64,000 nt of DNA from a virus (lineage: Duplodnaviria > Heunggongvirae > Uroviricota > Caudoviricetes). Every line of letters starts with the position of its first letter. The first letter of the stretch is position 1. This document shows positions 47,746-57,324 of this stretch, one piece after another. The stretch covers positions 1 to 64,000 of IMG/VR virus record IMGVR_UViG_3300036770_007945. One strand, given 5' to 3'. The notes beneath the pieces are model-generated. The model was not told the DNA's origin. It searched no databases and saw only the letters and a program-made list of their open reading frames with translations. The translations under genes were made by a program, and so were the position numbers.

Positions 47746-49290
47746 ATGCGCGATATTTTAACTAAACACTTACTAAAGGTGATTAAAGAACAAGAGAAAG
47801 AAGGAAAACTAACGCTACTACATAATGTTAGTAACTTTCCTCTTTCTACCGGATCTCTCTCTTTAGATTTCTTTTTCAATGGGGGAATAATACCTCGTTT
47901 CTATACTTTCGCCGGACCTGAGCAGTCAGGTAAATCCTTAATTGCTTCTACCATCCTTGCTTCTGCCTCTAAACAAGGCTTAGACAGCTTAATTTATTTT
48001 GATGCTGAAGAGACTTTCAATGCTGATGTAGTGAGTGGTTTGTTTGGGGTTACTGCTGACGAACTCTTAGGAGTAAAAGACTCTATTGATTCGAAAAGAG
48101 AATCGAAAAAGAAGGCAGAGAAAGAGCCTAAAGGGTTATCAGTGAAAGGTAGACCCAAACTCTATGTTCTTACAGGAAACTCTCTACAGGGGGTAATGGA
48201 TGGCGTTGTTAGTATCGTAGAAGCACTACCAGATAAAGTTTTCTTAGAAGCTGAGAATAAATGGTTCTTTAAATTTCAAAAAGACAACAAGGAGAGTAAG
48301 GAATTACTTAACACTTTAGATTTCTTGACCCCTGATGAAGCGGTATCAAAAAAGTATGGAGTAGACAAATTTATTTTTTGTGCTGATCCTAATTCTAAGC
48401 CTCAAAGCTCCGGACTTCAAGCAATCATTGTTATCGATAGTTTAGCGAGTTTGATTGCTGATAGTGAAAAAGAAGATGGCCCAACCCAACAGATGGCTTT
48501 AGAGGCTCGTCTTTTTTCTAAACACATCAAGAGGTTTGCGGGGATGTTGAGTCAAAAACAGGTTGCTGTTTTAGCAACTAACCACACAAAAGAAAACCCC
48601 AACGTCATGTATGGTTCTAAAGAATACGAACCTGGAGGTAACGCATTAAAGTTTTATGCCTCTGTCCAAACTAGAGTTGCTTCTATCTCTTCGTCAACCG
48701 CTGGCTGGGGAGGAACAGGCCCTGTCTTTGAAGAAGAATCGGCTAAAGGAGAAGGCTTCACCGATAAGTATCAATTCAAGCGTTTTAAGTTAATCAAAGA
48801 TAAGTTTGGAGGTGGTGTAGGTAGCACTCTCGTTCAACGTATTTGGCTTGAAGATTGTTTTGGAGAGTCTAGAGGCTATGATCCTGTTTTAGACACTTTA
48901 GAGTATTTAAAAATGACTAACCAGCTTGAAGAAAGTAGAGGTAGATATACATTATTAATTAAGCACCCTGCATTAGAAGGTAAAAGCTTTACTTTCAAAC
49001 AATTTAAACAGTTTATTCTCCATTCATGCTTCAAAGATTATGAATTGCCTTTAGAAACATATAAAGAGGTCTTTAAACTTAACGACTTCGTAGATTTAAG
49101 AGCTTTCTGCTTTGAGCAGTTGAGAACTAGAGAAGTATTTCTTAACAGCTCTCTTAATTCAACTACTACTGATACAGTAAACATAGGTTTAAACAAAGAA
49201 AGCTTAAGTTTAAATAATGGTTTGACCTCTGATGAAGAGTTTGACCCAGAAACAGGAGAAATTCGCAAAATTCCTGTAACTTCCTTCTAA
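47746..49290 (+). CDS. RecA/UvsX-like recombinase.
   Basis: Walker A is AGPEQSGKS. A RecA core block, IIVIDSLASLIA...QMALEARLFSKHIKRFAGMLSQKQVAVLATNH, matches iVvDSvaAL...ARlmsqalRkl...vifiNQ. Confidence 0.65.
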   Translation: MRDILTKHLLKVIKEQEKEGKLTLLHNVSNFPLSTGSLSLDFFFNGGIIPRFYTFAGPEQSGKSLIASTILASASKQGLDSLIYFDAEETFNADVVSGLFGVTADELLGVKDSIDSKRESKKKAEKEPKGLSVKGRPKLYVLTGNSLQGVMDGVVSIVEALPDKVFLEAENKWFFKFQKDNKESKELLNTLDFLTPDEAVSKKYGVDKFIFCADPNSKPQSSGLQAIIVIDSLASLIADSEKEDGPTQQMALEARLFSKHIKRFAGMLSQKQVAVLATNHTKENPNVMYGSKEYEPGGNALKFYASVQTRVASISSSTAGWGGTGPVFEEESAKGEGFTDKYQFKRFKLIKDKFGGGVGSTLVQRIWLEDCFGESRGYDPVLDTLEYLKMTNQLEESRGRYTLLIKHPALEGKSFTFKQFKQFILHSCFKDYELPLETYKEVFKLNDFVDLRAFCFEQLRTREVFLNSSLNSTTTDTVNIGLNKESLSLNNGLTSDEEFDPETGEIRKIPVTSF

Positions 49291-49457
49291 ACTCCAAACT
49301 AACCTTAATTAAGAGGATTATTGTCACCACCAGTAACCCTTTTCAAAACATTTTAAAGTCCTCCAAGCGATTCTTTTTTTTAGTAGTAATCTTAAATCTT
49401 TTAACTGAGTAACTTATAATAGTTTAACTATGAAACCTCTACATCTCAGATTTTTGT

Positions 49458-50159
49458 TTAGCTTTGTAGGAACCAATGCTGTTCAAAATGTTTAGTAGCT
49501 TCCTGATCCTGGGCAATCCAGGCACGCATATCTTTGATGTGTTTTAGAAGAAATTTTAAATCATTAGCAGGTTCTGCGTAGTAGTCTTCTCTCCACCACT
49601 CTACACCATCGGAAATTAAATACGAAAATTTTTCTAAACCTGTGCAATACATATACAATCTATGTTGTAGTGAGTATTGGTATTTATATTTTTTTCTTCT
49701 TTGAGAGTATTTAATATCATATATTCGTTTTTCCTTATGGTTGATAAAATCCGCTACTCCTGTCAAACGATAAATAACATCTTCAGAACTAATATCTGAT
49801 TTTAAACTTCCATTGACTCTTTCTTGGAAAGTGCTACCCGATACAATTTTTGCTAAATCTTCTACTATTTCCTGAAACTTCTTTTGGTCTGGTTGTAAGT
49901 CCGAAGGGAAAGTTTTAGGGATCATCAACTCTAAAGGGTGCCCACACGTCCTGTTATAGATGAATTCCTCAAACTCGCGACCTCGAAATAAGGGCGAAGT
50001 AGGTTCAGCAACCACTTCTAATTTGGCTAGCTTACTTAAAAAGTTTTTTCGCGCTTCTGCAACTCTTTGCTGCTCATCCTCTGTTATAGGAGTTTTAAGT
50101 CCTGAGAGATAACTGAAATCGTTTAGAATAGTTGGTGTGATTTTAATGATTGTTGACAT
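49458..50159 (-). CDS. Hypothetical protein, possibly a PD-(D/E)XK nuclease.
   Basis: GVADF...YDIKYS could be the D...(D/E)xK triad. This is a low-confidence call. Confidence 0.3.
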   Translation of the reverse strand: MSTIIKITPTILNDFSYLSGLKTPITEDEQQRVAEARKNFLSKLAKLEVVAEPTSPLFRGREFEEFIYNRTCGHPLELMIPKTFPSDLQPDQKKFQEIVEDLAKIVSGSTFQERVNGSLKSDISSEDVIYRLTGVADFINHKEKRIYDIKYSQRRKKYKYQYSLQHRLYMYCTGLEKFSYLISDGVEWWREDYYAEPANDLKFLLKHIKDMRAWIAQDQEATKHFEQHWFLQS

Positions 50160-50339
50160 AAATGTTTTTTAGAAATTACAAAGAAATTAACCTTTAATTC
50201 TAGAGGTTATTTTTATAGTTGCAATAAGATTTTTGTATTTTTATAATGAAAAAATTCTAATAAAATTTTAGAATAGAGGTCGTTGTTAGGACGCCTTAAT
50301 TTTAGTTTATTTTTTCTCAATCCACTAACCGTTTCCATA

Positions 50340-51491
50340 ATGAGCATCCTAGCTATTCCGACGTATTTCTCTCAAGTCTCGAAAGCTTTAGAAGAGATAC
50401 AACCTAACATACCAGTATATATAATGAAGAGACACATACTGGAAGAAAAAGTAAAGACTTTTAGTGCAATTTTTCAAGGAAGAGTCCTTTACTCGGTGAA
50501 AAGCAACCCCTGTGAAAAAATTCTAACAACTTTATATAGTTTAGGAATAAAACATTTTGATGTCGCATCGATTAAAGAAGTAGAATTATTACGAAGAATT
50601 TTACCTCAAGCTGTTTTATATTACATGCATCCTGTGAAGAGTGCGTCTAGTATTAGAGACGCTTATTTTAATCATAACGTTAAAATTTTCTCGTTAGACT
50701 CCATAGAGGAGTTACATAAAATCTACAAAGCAACAAACAATGCAAAAGACTTATCTCTACATGTTAGGATAGCAACTGAAAATAAATCTTCTGCTTTCAA
50801 CCTCTCCTCAAAATTTGGTATAGATCTAGATAAAGCTTACGAGCTTTTGATTGAGACTCGAAAGCTTGCTTCTCAATTTGGCATATGTTTTCATGTAGGT
50901 TCTCAATGTTTAGATGCGCATGCCTTCAATCAAACCTTAAGTAGACTGTCTTCCTACTTGATAGAGAAGAAAATATCTATAGACGTTGTAGATATAGGTG
51001 GAGGTTTCCCTGTTAGATATCCAGAAATGATACCTATGAATCTAAACATCTATTTAGATAAAGTGAACTCCGCAATAAATACTTTTAGAGAGGTTTTTCC
51101 TCGTTGTGATGTTTGGGCAGAGCCCGGTCGCGTTTTAGTAGCTGAAGCAGGTTCTTTAGTTGTGAGAGTAGATAGGAGAAAGGATAACGTCCTATATATC
51201 AATGATGGAGTATACGGGGGGTTGTTTGACGCAGGCACTCCCGCTTTTCGTTATCATGCAACGGCTTACAGGGGGTCACCTAATAAAGGGGAAACTCTTT
51301 CTCAAGATAATGTCATGTTCTCTTTTTATGGGCCTACTTGTGATTGTTTGGACTATATGGAGGGGCCATTCATACTACCCAAAAACATAAAAGAAGGGGA
51401 CTATATAGAACTTCATAATCTTGGAGCTTACTCAAAAAGTCTCAGAACTAACTTTAATGGTTTTTATGACTACTTGGAGCTAGACTTGTAA
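50340..51491 (+). CDS. PLP-dependent decarboxylase of the ornithine-decarboxylase (fold III) family.
   Basis: YSVKSNP is the PLP-Lys motif (YAVKCN-like). The DIGGGFP, AEPGR and GPTCDCLD motifs are characteristic of ODC-type enzymes. The track start at 50283 is a TTG; the first ATG is at 50340. Confidence 0.7.
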   Translation: MSILAIPTYFSQVSKALEEIQPNIPVYIMKRHILEEKVKTFSAIFQGRVLYSVKSNPCEKILTTLYSLGIKHFDVASIKEVELLRRILPQAVLYYMHPVKSASSIRDAYFNHNVKIFSLDSIEELHKIYKATNNAKDLSLHVRIATENKSSAFNLSSKFGIDLDKAYELLIETRKLASQFGICFHVGSQCLDAHAFNQTLSRLSSYLIEKKISIDVVDIGGGFPVRYPEMIPMNLNIYLDKVNSAINTFREVFPRCDVWAEPGRVLVAEAGSLVVRVDRRKDNVLYINDGVYGGLFDAGTPAFRYHATAYRGSPNKGETLSQDNVMFSFYGPTCDCLDYMEGPFILPKNIKEGDYIELHNLGAYSKSLRTNFNGFYDYLELDL

Positions 51492-51514
51492 GCAGTCCCT
51501 TAAGAGTTCTGTTT

Positions 51515-52270
51515 TTAAATTAACCTGGAATACTTTTTAACTCCAGGAGGTATCTTCTTAGCAAGCTTCTTTGTCACTTTATCTAGTTTTTTGTTAACGA
51601 GGTCTAAGGCTTTAGTTGTAGTGATGTCCGCCACCTCATAGTTATCCATAGCAAACGTTGCTTTAATTTTTAAAAGCTGTTTGTCTACGTGATCGTTACT
51701 AAAACTTAATCCTTCTAGAGATAAAGGAAAGACTCCATTGATAGTTACTTTTAGAGCGAGATCCCCTTTAGTGTTATAGACGTTTAAGGATACGTTATCA
51801 ACGCAGTAAGCAGCTTTAGTATTATTAATAACGTTTGGTATCAGTTTACTTGTAAACTTTTTTAAAGCTCCAGGAACCATTCCCTGCAAACCGCTAGAGA
51901 TTAAAGACTTACCTTCTTGAGAGTGCCCTGTTTGCGTGTCTGAAATATTGTTTAACCAGACGTAGATTAGTTGGTAAGAATCAGCATTGTATCCAAGTAA
52001 ACTTGTATCTCCACTAACGAGAAATTCGCAAGAAAATTCTTGAGAGCCAAACTTCTTAATACCTCTGTGAGGAACTTTATAACCGTGCATCTCGACTATC
52101 AAGGGTTCAATTTCAATTGGGGGTAGTGAGACACTCGTGCATTTTAAAACTACTTCTTTACTTTGTGTAAAACCGCTGCCAGGAACCACCCCTAAGTTTA
52201 ATAGATAATCATTCGAGGTAAGGACGGAGTCGACTAAGGGTTTAATGTCAGAAAATGAAGCGCGAGCCAT
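51515..52270 (-). CDS. Tail-tube-fold baseplate protein (gp19 paralog, gp48/gp54-like).
   Basis: N-terminal MARASFSDIK matches the tube protein's MARTKFSDVK. The C-terminal pattern is also related. Confidence 0.45.
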   Translation of the reverse strand: MARASFSDIKPLVDSVLTSNDYLLNLGVVPGSGFTQSKEVVLKCTSVSLPPIEIEPLIVEMHGYKVPHRGIKKFGSQEFSCEFLVSGDTSLLGYNADSYQLIYVWLNNISDTQTGHSQEGKSLISSGLQGMVPGALKKFTSKLIPNVINNTKAAYCVDNVSLNVYNTKGDLALKVTINGVFPLSLEGLSFSNDHVDKQLLKIKATFAMDNYEVADITTTKALDLVNKKLDKVTKKLAKKIPPGVKKYSRLI

Positions 52271-52444
52271 ATTTAAATAGTTACTAAAAAGTTACTGATG
52301 TTAGTAATAGTAAACTTGTATAAAACTTTATTACCTAAGAGTAAAATTAGCGGAGCTTATAAAGATTCTTAGAAGTCTGTTGATGTTTAGCTAATTTTTA
52401 AGGAGGACAAACATAAGATTAATTAACGTCTACCTATAATAAAC

Positions 52445-54532
52445 ATGGCATATACCGCATACATTACCACCGCAGGACAAGAAGCAATAGCAGCCGCTCA
52501 GTATTCTGGTTACAAGATCTCGCTAGTGCGCTTTGTAATAAGTAACACCCTAATTACTGAGACTAACCCTGTAGTTATACGAAACTATACTCAATTGCCT
52601 GGAACAGTGGTTTTTGACAGTGGCAATAATCCCGCAGGCAACATACTCACTTATACTAAAAACGCAACCACTGGTATTACAATAACTACTTATTTAAACT
52701 CAACTTTAGGGGATTTCACGATAGGTTCAATTGGTTTATACTTAGAAGACGGAACACTCTTTGCTATTCTGAAATTGACAGAGACTTACTCTAAAACAAA
52801 GAACACTAGTAGCGTTGCTGGTAATACTATTGCTTTCCCGTTTTCTTTTGTATTGACGTTGCAGGATGTTTTGAACCTAAGTGTAACACCTGAAAGTGTT
52901 ACCTCGCTATCTCAGGTTGCAACCGAAGCAGATTTACCTCTATATAGTATTGCCCCTTACGCAAATTACTTTATTCAAAATTTTGCCAGCACAAATCAAA
53001 CAGCTATTGCGTGTAGAACAAATACAGGTTGGCAATATATTGTCTCTTATAACCACGATGTTTTAGAAAACTGGGTAAAAGCTCTCCCAGAAAATTTTGC
53101 AACAGGCGTTGTAGAGGGCAACATTGTTTATTTAGACACAGTATTAGGTAAATGGACAAATCTCGATGGTGATGGCGATGAAAAAAAACTTATTGGCATT
53201 AGACAAGGAAATGGTGTGCGCACAGGCAACTTCTTTTATCGAAACAATGCCTTCGTTCCTGGAGAGAATTACTTTTGCGACACTTATCCGCAAGTAGGTA
53301 AATTAACTTTGAGAAGTTCAAGATACTATATTGGCACAGCCTTAACAAACTCATTACTCAAAGTTGCGGTCTCATACGATGCACAAAATTTTACACCGAC
53401 AGCTCCTACACATTACGACGCACACGTTGTTTCCGGTAGTATTATAAGATTAGTTTTGGATGATGTTAACTTATACCCAGACTCTTATTATCATGGACTT
53501 TCTGTTAGTTTTGTATCTCCTATAAACTGCGTAGCAAACCAACAAATACAAATAGGTTCTTCTTTAGCCGTAGTTCCTCTTACCAAAAGATTGACAGGCT
53601 TAGCAGGTTCTTATTCCTCTCTAGAAGCGGGTGCTTTTCCCGCAGGATCTTTACTGAAGCTAATATACCTCAAAGAGGCGGAAGGCTTTGTTATAGAGGC
53701 TGAAAAATTACAAGCTTCTACAACTACGCGGGGTGTTTCTTACCTCAACAACCCAATTACCATTGCAAATAATGCCTCTGATGCAAACAACGATATTGAT
53801 TTTAGTGCGGGAAATTTTCAATTTAGCGACGGCTCAGGTCAAGCTTTAGCAACCGCAATAATGACAAAAAGACTTGATGCAACTTGGTCGGCAGGCAGTG
53901 GAAATGGTGGTTTATTTAATGGAACTGCTGTTCCAAAAGCAGTTAATTCCACTTACCACTGCTATAAAATTTACAATCCAACGACTGGTGCAGAAGATTC
54001 TGGATTCTTACTTGGTATTTCAGGAACTGCACCAAATCCAACCAGCGTGCTTCCTAGTGGCTATACTAAATTCAAAAGGGTTGCTTCAATTCTAACCGAT
54101 GGAAGCGGAAACATTCGAGCATTTACGCAATTTGGAAATTATTTTAAATATACATCGGGAATTTCTGATGTGAATACTAGTTTCGTTGCTGGCTCTACTA
54201 CACCAACGGTTTCCACCCCATTTGGAATTAATTCTCTTGGAATTTTTAATATAGGCTTAAGTATTTCTTCTATCTCAACGGGAAATAATATTTGGTCGGT
54301 GATAAGTGATTTTAATCAGACATCAAGTTTAGGAATAGTATCGATTCCACAAGCAAGCGTGAATGTTACGAAAATTCCTTCGTTTATCAATATTGCTTCT
54401 AGTCCCGCTTTTGCTTTTACCAATTTATCAAGTCAAGTTAAAATATTTAATAATGAGGGGGTTCTAGCCACAACTCTTGCTAGCATAAGTCTTTTAACCC
54501 ATGGCTTTATCGATATTAATTTAAATTCATAA
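52445..54532 (+). CDS. Tail fibre or receptor-binding protein.
   Basis: A 695-aa Ser/Thr/Gly/Asn-rich protein. A C-terminal block is homologous to the 5945..6934 product. Confidence 0.5.
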   Translation: MAYTAYITTAGQEAIAAAQYSGYKISLVRFVISNTLITETNPVVIRNYTQLPGTVVFDSGNNPAGNILTYTKNATTGITITTYLNSTLGDFTIGSIGLYLEDGTLFAILKLTETYSKTKNTSSVAGNTIAFPFSFVLTLQDVLNLSVTPESVTSLSQVATEADLPLYSIAPYANYFIQNFASTNQTAIACRTNTGWQYIVSYNHDVLENWVKALPENFATGVVEGNIVYLDTVLGKWTNLDGDGDEKKLIGIRQGNGVRTGNFFYRNNAFVPGENYFCDTYPQVGKLTLRSSRYYIGTALTNSLLKVAVSYDAQNFTPTAPTHYDAHVVSGSIIRLVLDDVNLYPDSYYHGLSVSFVSPINCVANQQIQIGSSLAVVPLTKRLTGLAGSYSSLEAGAFPAGSLLKLIYLKEAEGFVIEAEKLQASTTTRGVSYLNNPITIANNASDANNDIDFSAGNFQFSDGSGQALATAIMTKRLDATWSAGSGNGGLFNGTAVPKAVNSTYHCYKIYNPTTGAEDSGFLLGISGTAPNPTSVLPSGYTKFKRVASILTDGSGNIRAFTQFGNYFKYTSGISDVNTSFVAGSTTPTVSTPFGINSLGIFNIGLSISSISTGNNIWSVISDFNQTSSLGIVSIPQASVNVTKIPSFINIASSPAFAFTNLSSQVKIFNNEGVLATTLASISLLTHGFIDINLNS

Positions 54533-54534
54533 AT

Positions 54535-55671
54535 ATGTTTATTTTTCAAAATCCAAAAACTAAAATAATATCAACTTTTAATAATTTATCTGAAGTAGGG
54601 ATGGGCTTTATTGATTGGATAAATATTACCGACACGGACGAAGCAAAAAATTATTTGTTGCAAAAAGCAAAAGACGAAAAAATTGCTGAACTAGACAACT
54701 ATTACAGCTCAGGAAAATGTTGGGAATTTACTGTGAGATCCGAAAAATTAAAAGCTAGCTTAACGCAAGAGGTAAATTGGTTTGCTACTAAACTACCGGC
54801 AGTGGATACAAATATTCAAATACTACTTACGACCGCAGAAAATAGTAGAGTTCCTGTTCAAATTTCAGAAGCCCGCGCTAAAAAGCTCAACAATCTCATA
54901 ACTATAGATTTGTCCAGTAAATTGCGTGTTGCAAAGCTTACAGGAGAAGCGCATATCAACAAACTCTATAGCGGGTTATCGGATACCTTGAAAGAAAAAA
55001 CTAATGAGGATTCTTTAGAAGAAGCTCTGCATACTCTCAGGGATATAGAAGTAACCGATTACTTTCAGAATATTTCTCGTTGTATAGATTTAGATCTGAT
55101 TAGAGAGGACGGTAGCTTGGTTAACACTAACCCTACACTACGCGAGGCAAAAGATGAAAAAATTGCAGAAATTAAAAATATTAGGGATAAAAAGAATATC
55201 GATCCTTCTGTAAGTAAAGGGGAGTTAGTAGATATTAATTCTGCCCATCTACAAGGTTCAGGAAAGTTCGTAGATTTTTTCTTTGACTGTAATAAACATC
55301 CGACTAACCCTCTATCTGAGCCAACAGTTCTTTTAAGCCACTGTATTTCAAACAAGACTGCTATTCCTTACTTTGCTAAAAACAAAGAAGGAGAATCTAT
55401 CGTTATCAGGCTTACTCCTGAGCTAGCAAGCGATATTGAACGCCACTTGATAGATAGAAATTGCAATAACTTCACGTTAGCAAAAATCATTATAAAATAT
55501 ATCGAAGACTATTGCACTACAGTAGAAGAAGTTCAAAAAGTGACTTGGGATCCTCGCTATTTAAATGAGCAAGAGGTAAGAGAAGTGGTTGCGAATACCT
55601 CACAAGAGACAAACGCAGACAAGAAATCTTCAACTGAGGTAGATAATACACCTACGGAATCTAAAGAATAA
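54535..55671 (+). CDS. Hypothetical protein, possibly a fibre assembly or attachment factor.
   Basis: A 378-aa ORF immediately after the fibre gene, with an internal duplicated AKDEKIAE segment. Confidence 0.35.
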   Translation: MFIFQNPKTKIISTFNNLSEVGMGFIDWINITDTDEAKNYLLQKAKDEKIAELDNYYSSGKCWEFTVRSEKLKASLTQEVNWFATKLPAVDTNIQILLTTAENSRVPVQISEARAKKLNNLITIDLSSKLRVAKLTGEAHINKLYSGLSDTLKEKTNEDSLEEALHTLRDIEVTDYFQNISRCIDLDLIREDGSLVNTNPTLREAKDEKIAEIKNIRDKKNIDPSVSKGELVDINSAHLQGSGKFVDFFFDCNKHPTNPLSEPTVLLSHCISNKTAIPYFAKNKEGESIVIRLTPELASDIERHLIDRNCNNFTLAKIIIKYIEDYCTTVEEVQKVTWDPRYLNEQEVREVVANTSQETNADKKSSTEVDNTPTESKE

Positions 55672-55689
55672 CTAAAGAAATAAAGTATT

Positions 55690-56088
55690 ATGAAACCAGA
55701 AGTTCTTAACTCTATTACGGATTTAAACACCTCATACCTTACCGGATTTAAAGCTAATGACCTAATAGTAACCGGAACGGATGCTATTAATCAACAAATT
55801 TTAAACCTACTAAGCACTTCACCAAAGGATATACTATTTCAACCAGAATTAGGTTCGATGCTTGAATATTACTTATTTGAACCTATAGACACAAACACCG
55901 CATACAACATTAAAATCTGGGTGTTAGAAGCTTTAGAACGGTGGCTACCTTTTATTACAATGCTTCCTGAAGAGTCTTCAGTTATTCCAGACTTACAAAA
56001 TCAAAGTTATAACATCCGCATTACCTACAGAGTAAACGGCACAGATGTTATAAGTAATGTGTTAGCCCAGTTTAGCCGGAGCATGTAA
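55690..56088 (+). CDS. Baseplate wedge protein (T4 gp25 / GPW-like).
   Basis: The protein is 132 aa. ILNLLSTSPKD...QPELGSMLEYYLFEPID...WVLEALERWLPFI matches the GPW/gp25 signature. Confidence 0.55.
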   Translation: MKPEVLNSITDLNTSYLTGFKANDLIVTGTDAINQQILNLLSTSPKDILFQPELGSMLEYYLFEPIDTNTAYNIKIWVLEALERWLPFITMLPEESSVIPDLQNQSYNIRITYRVNGTDVISNVLAQFSRSM

Positions 56089-56103
56089 CCGCTTAATAAG
56101 CAA

Positions 56104-57312
56104 CTATATCTCTTGCTCTAAGCCTTGTGAGGATATACGTATATGATCACCGAACGGCGGTATAATGCTAACGTCGTAGAGGTCTTGGACTATGACGAAA
56201 AGGGTATCGCAGTAACCCTCTTCTCCCCACCCCTTACTCGGTTCCCCATCACTAAAAATGATTAATAGGTCGGGGTTTATATCATTATTTTTCAAGTGCT
56301 CCCAATTCAATTCAAACCCAGTATACCTTTCCCTATTAATCTCATAATCCTGTAACAAAACCCCCTCTCCGTTACGCAAAACTTGAGCATTATTAACAGT
56401 CTCTCCGAAATTCCAGATATGAACTTCTAATTGAGTCTCTTCGTTTAATAAAGATCCTACTTCTTTTAAAAATTTTTTTACCCATTTTGGAGAGACGCTA
56501 GTAGAAGTATCAATCCCTATAGCTAGCAACACTTTGTCTTTTTTTAAAATACCTGGAGTAATTATTCCAAGCGATTGTAGTTTTCTCGAAGGCACGCTAT
56601 ATGTAAAATCTACATGTATCTTTTGTCGGATGATTCTAGATAACTCCTGCTGCCAACATACTTCACCTTGAGCACTTTCAGCCGTTAAGAGAATAGTGGA
56701 TACCTCCTGCAATAACGGATGATTGTCTAAAGCTACTGCCCTTTTAAATTTTTCAGTAAAGTCTCCCTCACCCTCTAAAACTATTTTTGAGTCCTTCAGT
56801 TGAGAAGTCTCCTCCCCAAGAGAATGTTCGTCTAAGGTCTCGAGAGTTTGAGTTTGTGTTTCTTCAGCACTCTGTTTTAAAAGATCTGCGTAGATTTGCT
56901 CAGAGGTCATTTCATCATACTTACTGTCATATAAAGCTCCTTGAATCTTGTAACCAATTTTATGCTTTACGAGTAATCTATTAACAGTGTAATCACAAGC
57001 AATGTTCCAGAGATGTTGATTGTAATTCTCTAGTGATATACTCCTATCAAAGTGGTTTAATATACAATGTAAGAGTTCGTGAGCTAGTAAGAATACCACT
57101 TCGTCATCACGCAAACCTTCTACAAATTCCTGATTAAAATATATAGCTTTTTGGTTTATAACCGCAGCAGTTTTAACAGGACTACTTTCTCCTACTAAAA
57201 AGTAGTCAAAAGCTGTAGTCAGCGTTCCTAACCAACTTGCCTCCTTATAGAGGTTAAGTCGCGCTTTCAAAATCTTCTGGATACAAGGTTCAAAGTTTAT
57301 AATAGATTTCAT
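56104..57312 (-). CDS. VWA-domain protein with an N-terminal HExxH metallopeptidase-like domain (DUF2201-type MoxR partner).
   Basis: HExxH motif is LAHELLHCILNH. The MIDAS-like motif is IGIDTSTSVS. It lies immediately downstream of the MoxR ATPase gene on the same strand. Confidence 0.55.
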   Translation of the reverse strand: MKSIINFEPCIQKILKARLNLYKEASWLGTLTTAFDYFLVGESSPVKTAAVINQKAIYFNQEFVEGLRDDEVVFLLAHELLHCILNHFDRSISLENYNQHLWNIACDYTVNRLLVKHKIGYKIQGALYDSKYDEMTSEQIYADLLKQSAEETQTQTLETLDEHSLGEETSQLKDSKIVLEGEGDFTEKFKRAVALDNHPLLQEVSTILLTAESAQGEVCWQQELSRIIRQKIHVDFTYSVPSRKLQSLGIITPGILKKDKVLLAIGIDTSTSVSPKWVKKFLKEVGSLLNEETQLEVHIWNFGETVNNAQVLRNGEGVLLQDYEINRERYTGFELNWEHLKNNDINPDLLIIFSDGEPSKGWGEEGYCDTLFVIVQDLYDVSIIPPFGDHIRISSQGLEQEI

Positions 57313-57324
57313 GACGCAAGACCT

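Noticed and set aside
51523-51546. The CCTGGAATACTTTTTAACTCCAGG hairpin as a terminator.
   Set aside because: It lies within the 3' end of the minus-strand CDS 51515..52270, so it may simply be coding sequence. It is kept out of the feature list.
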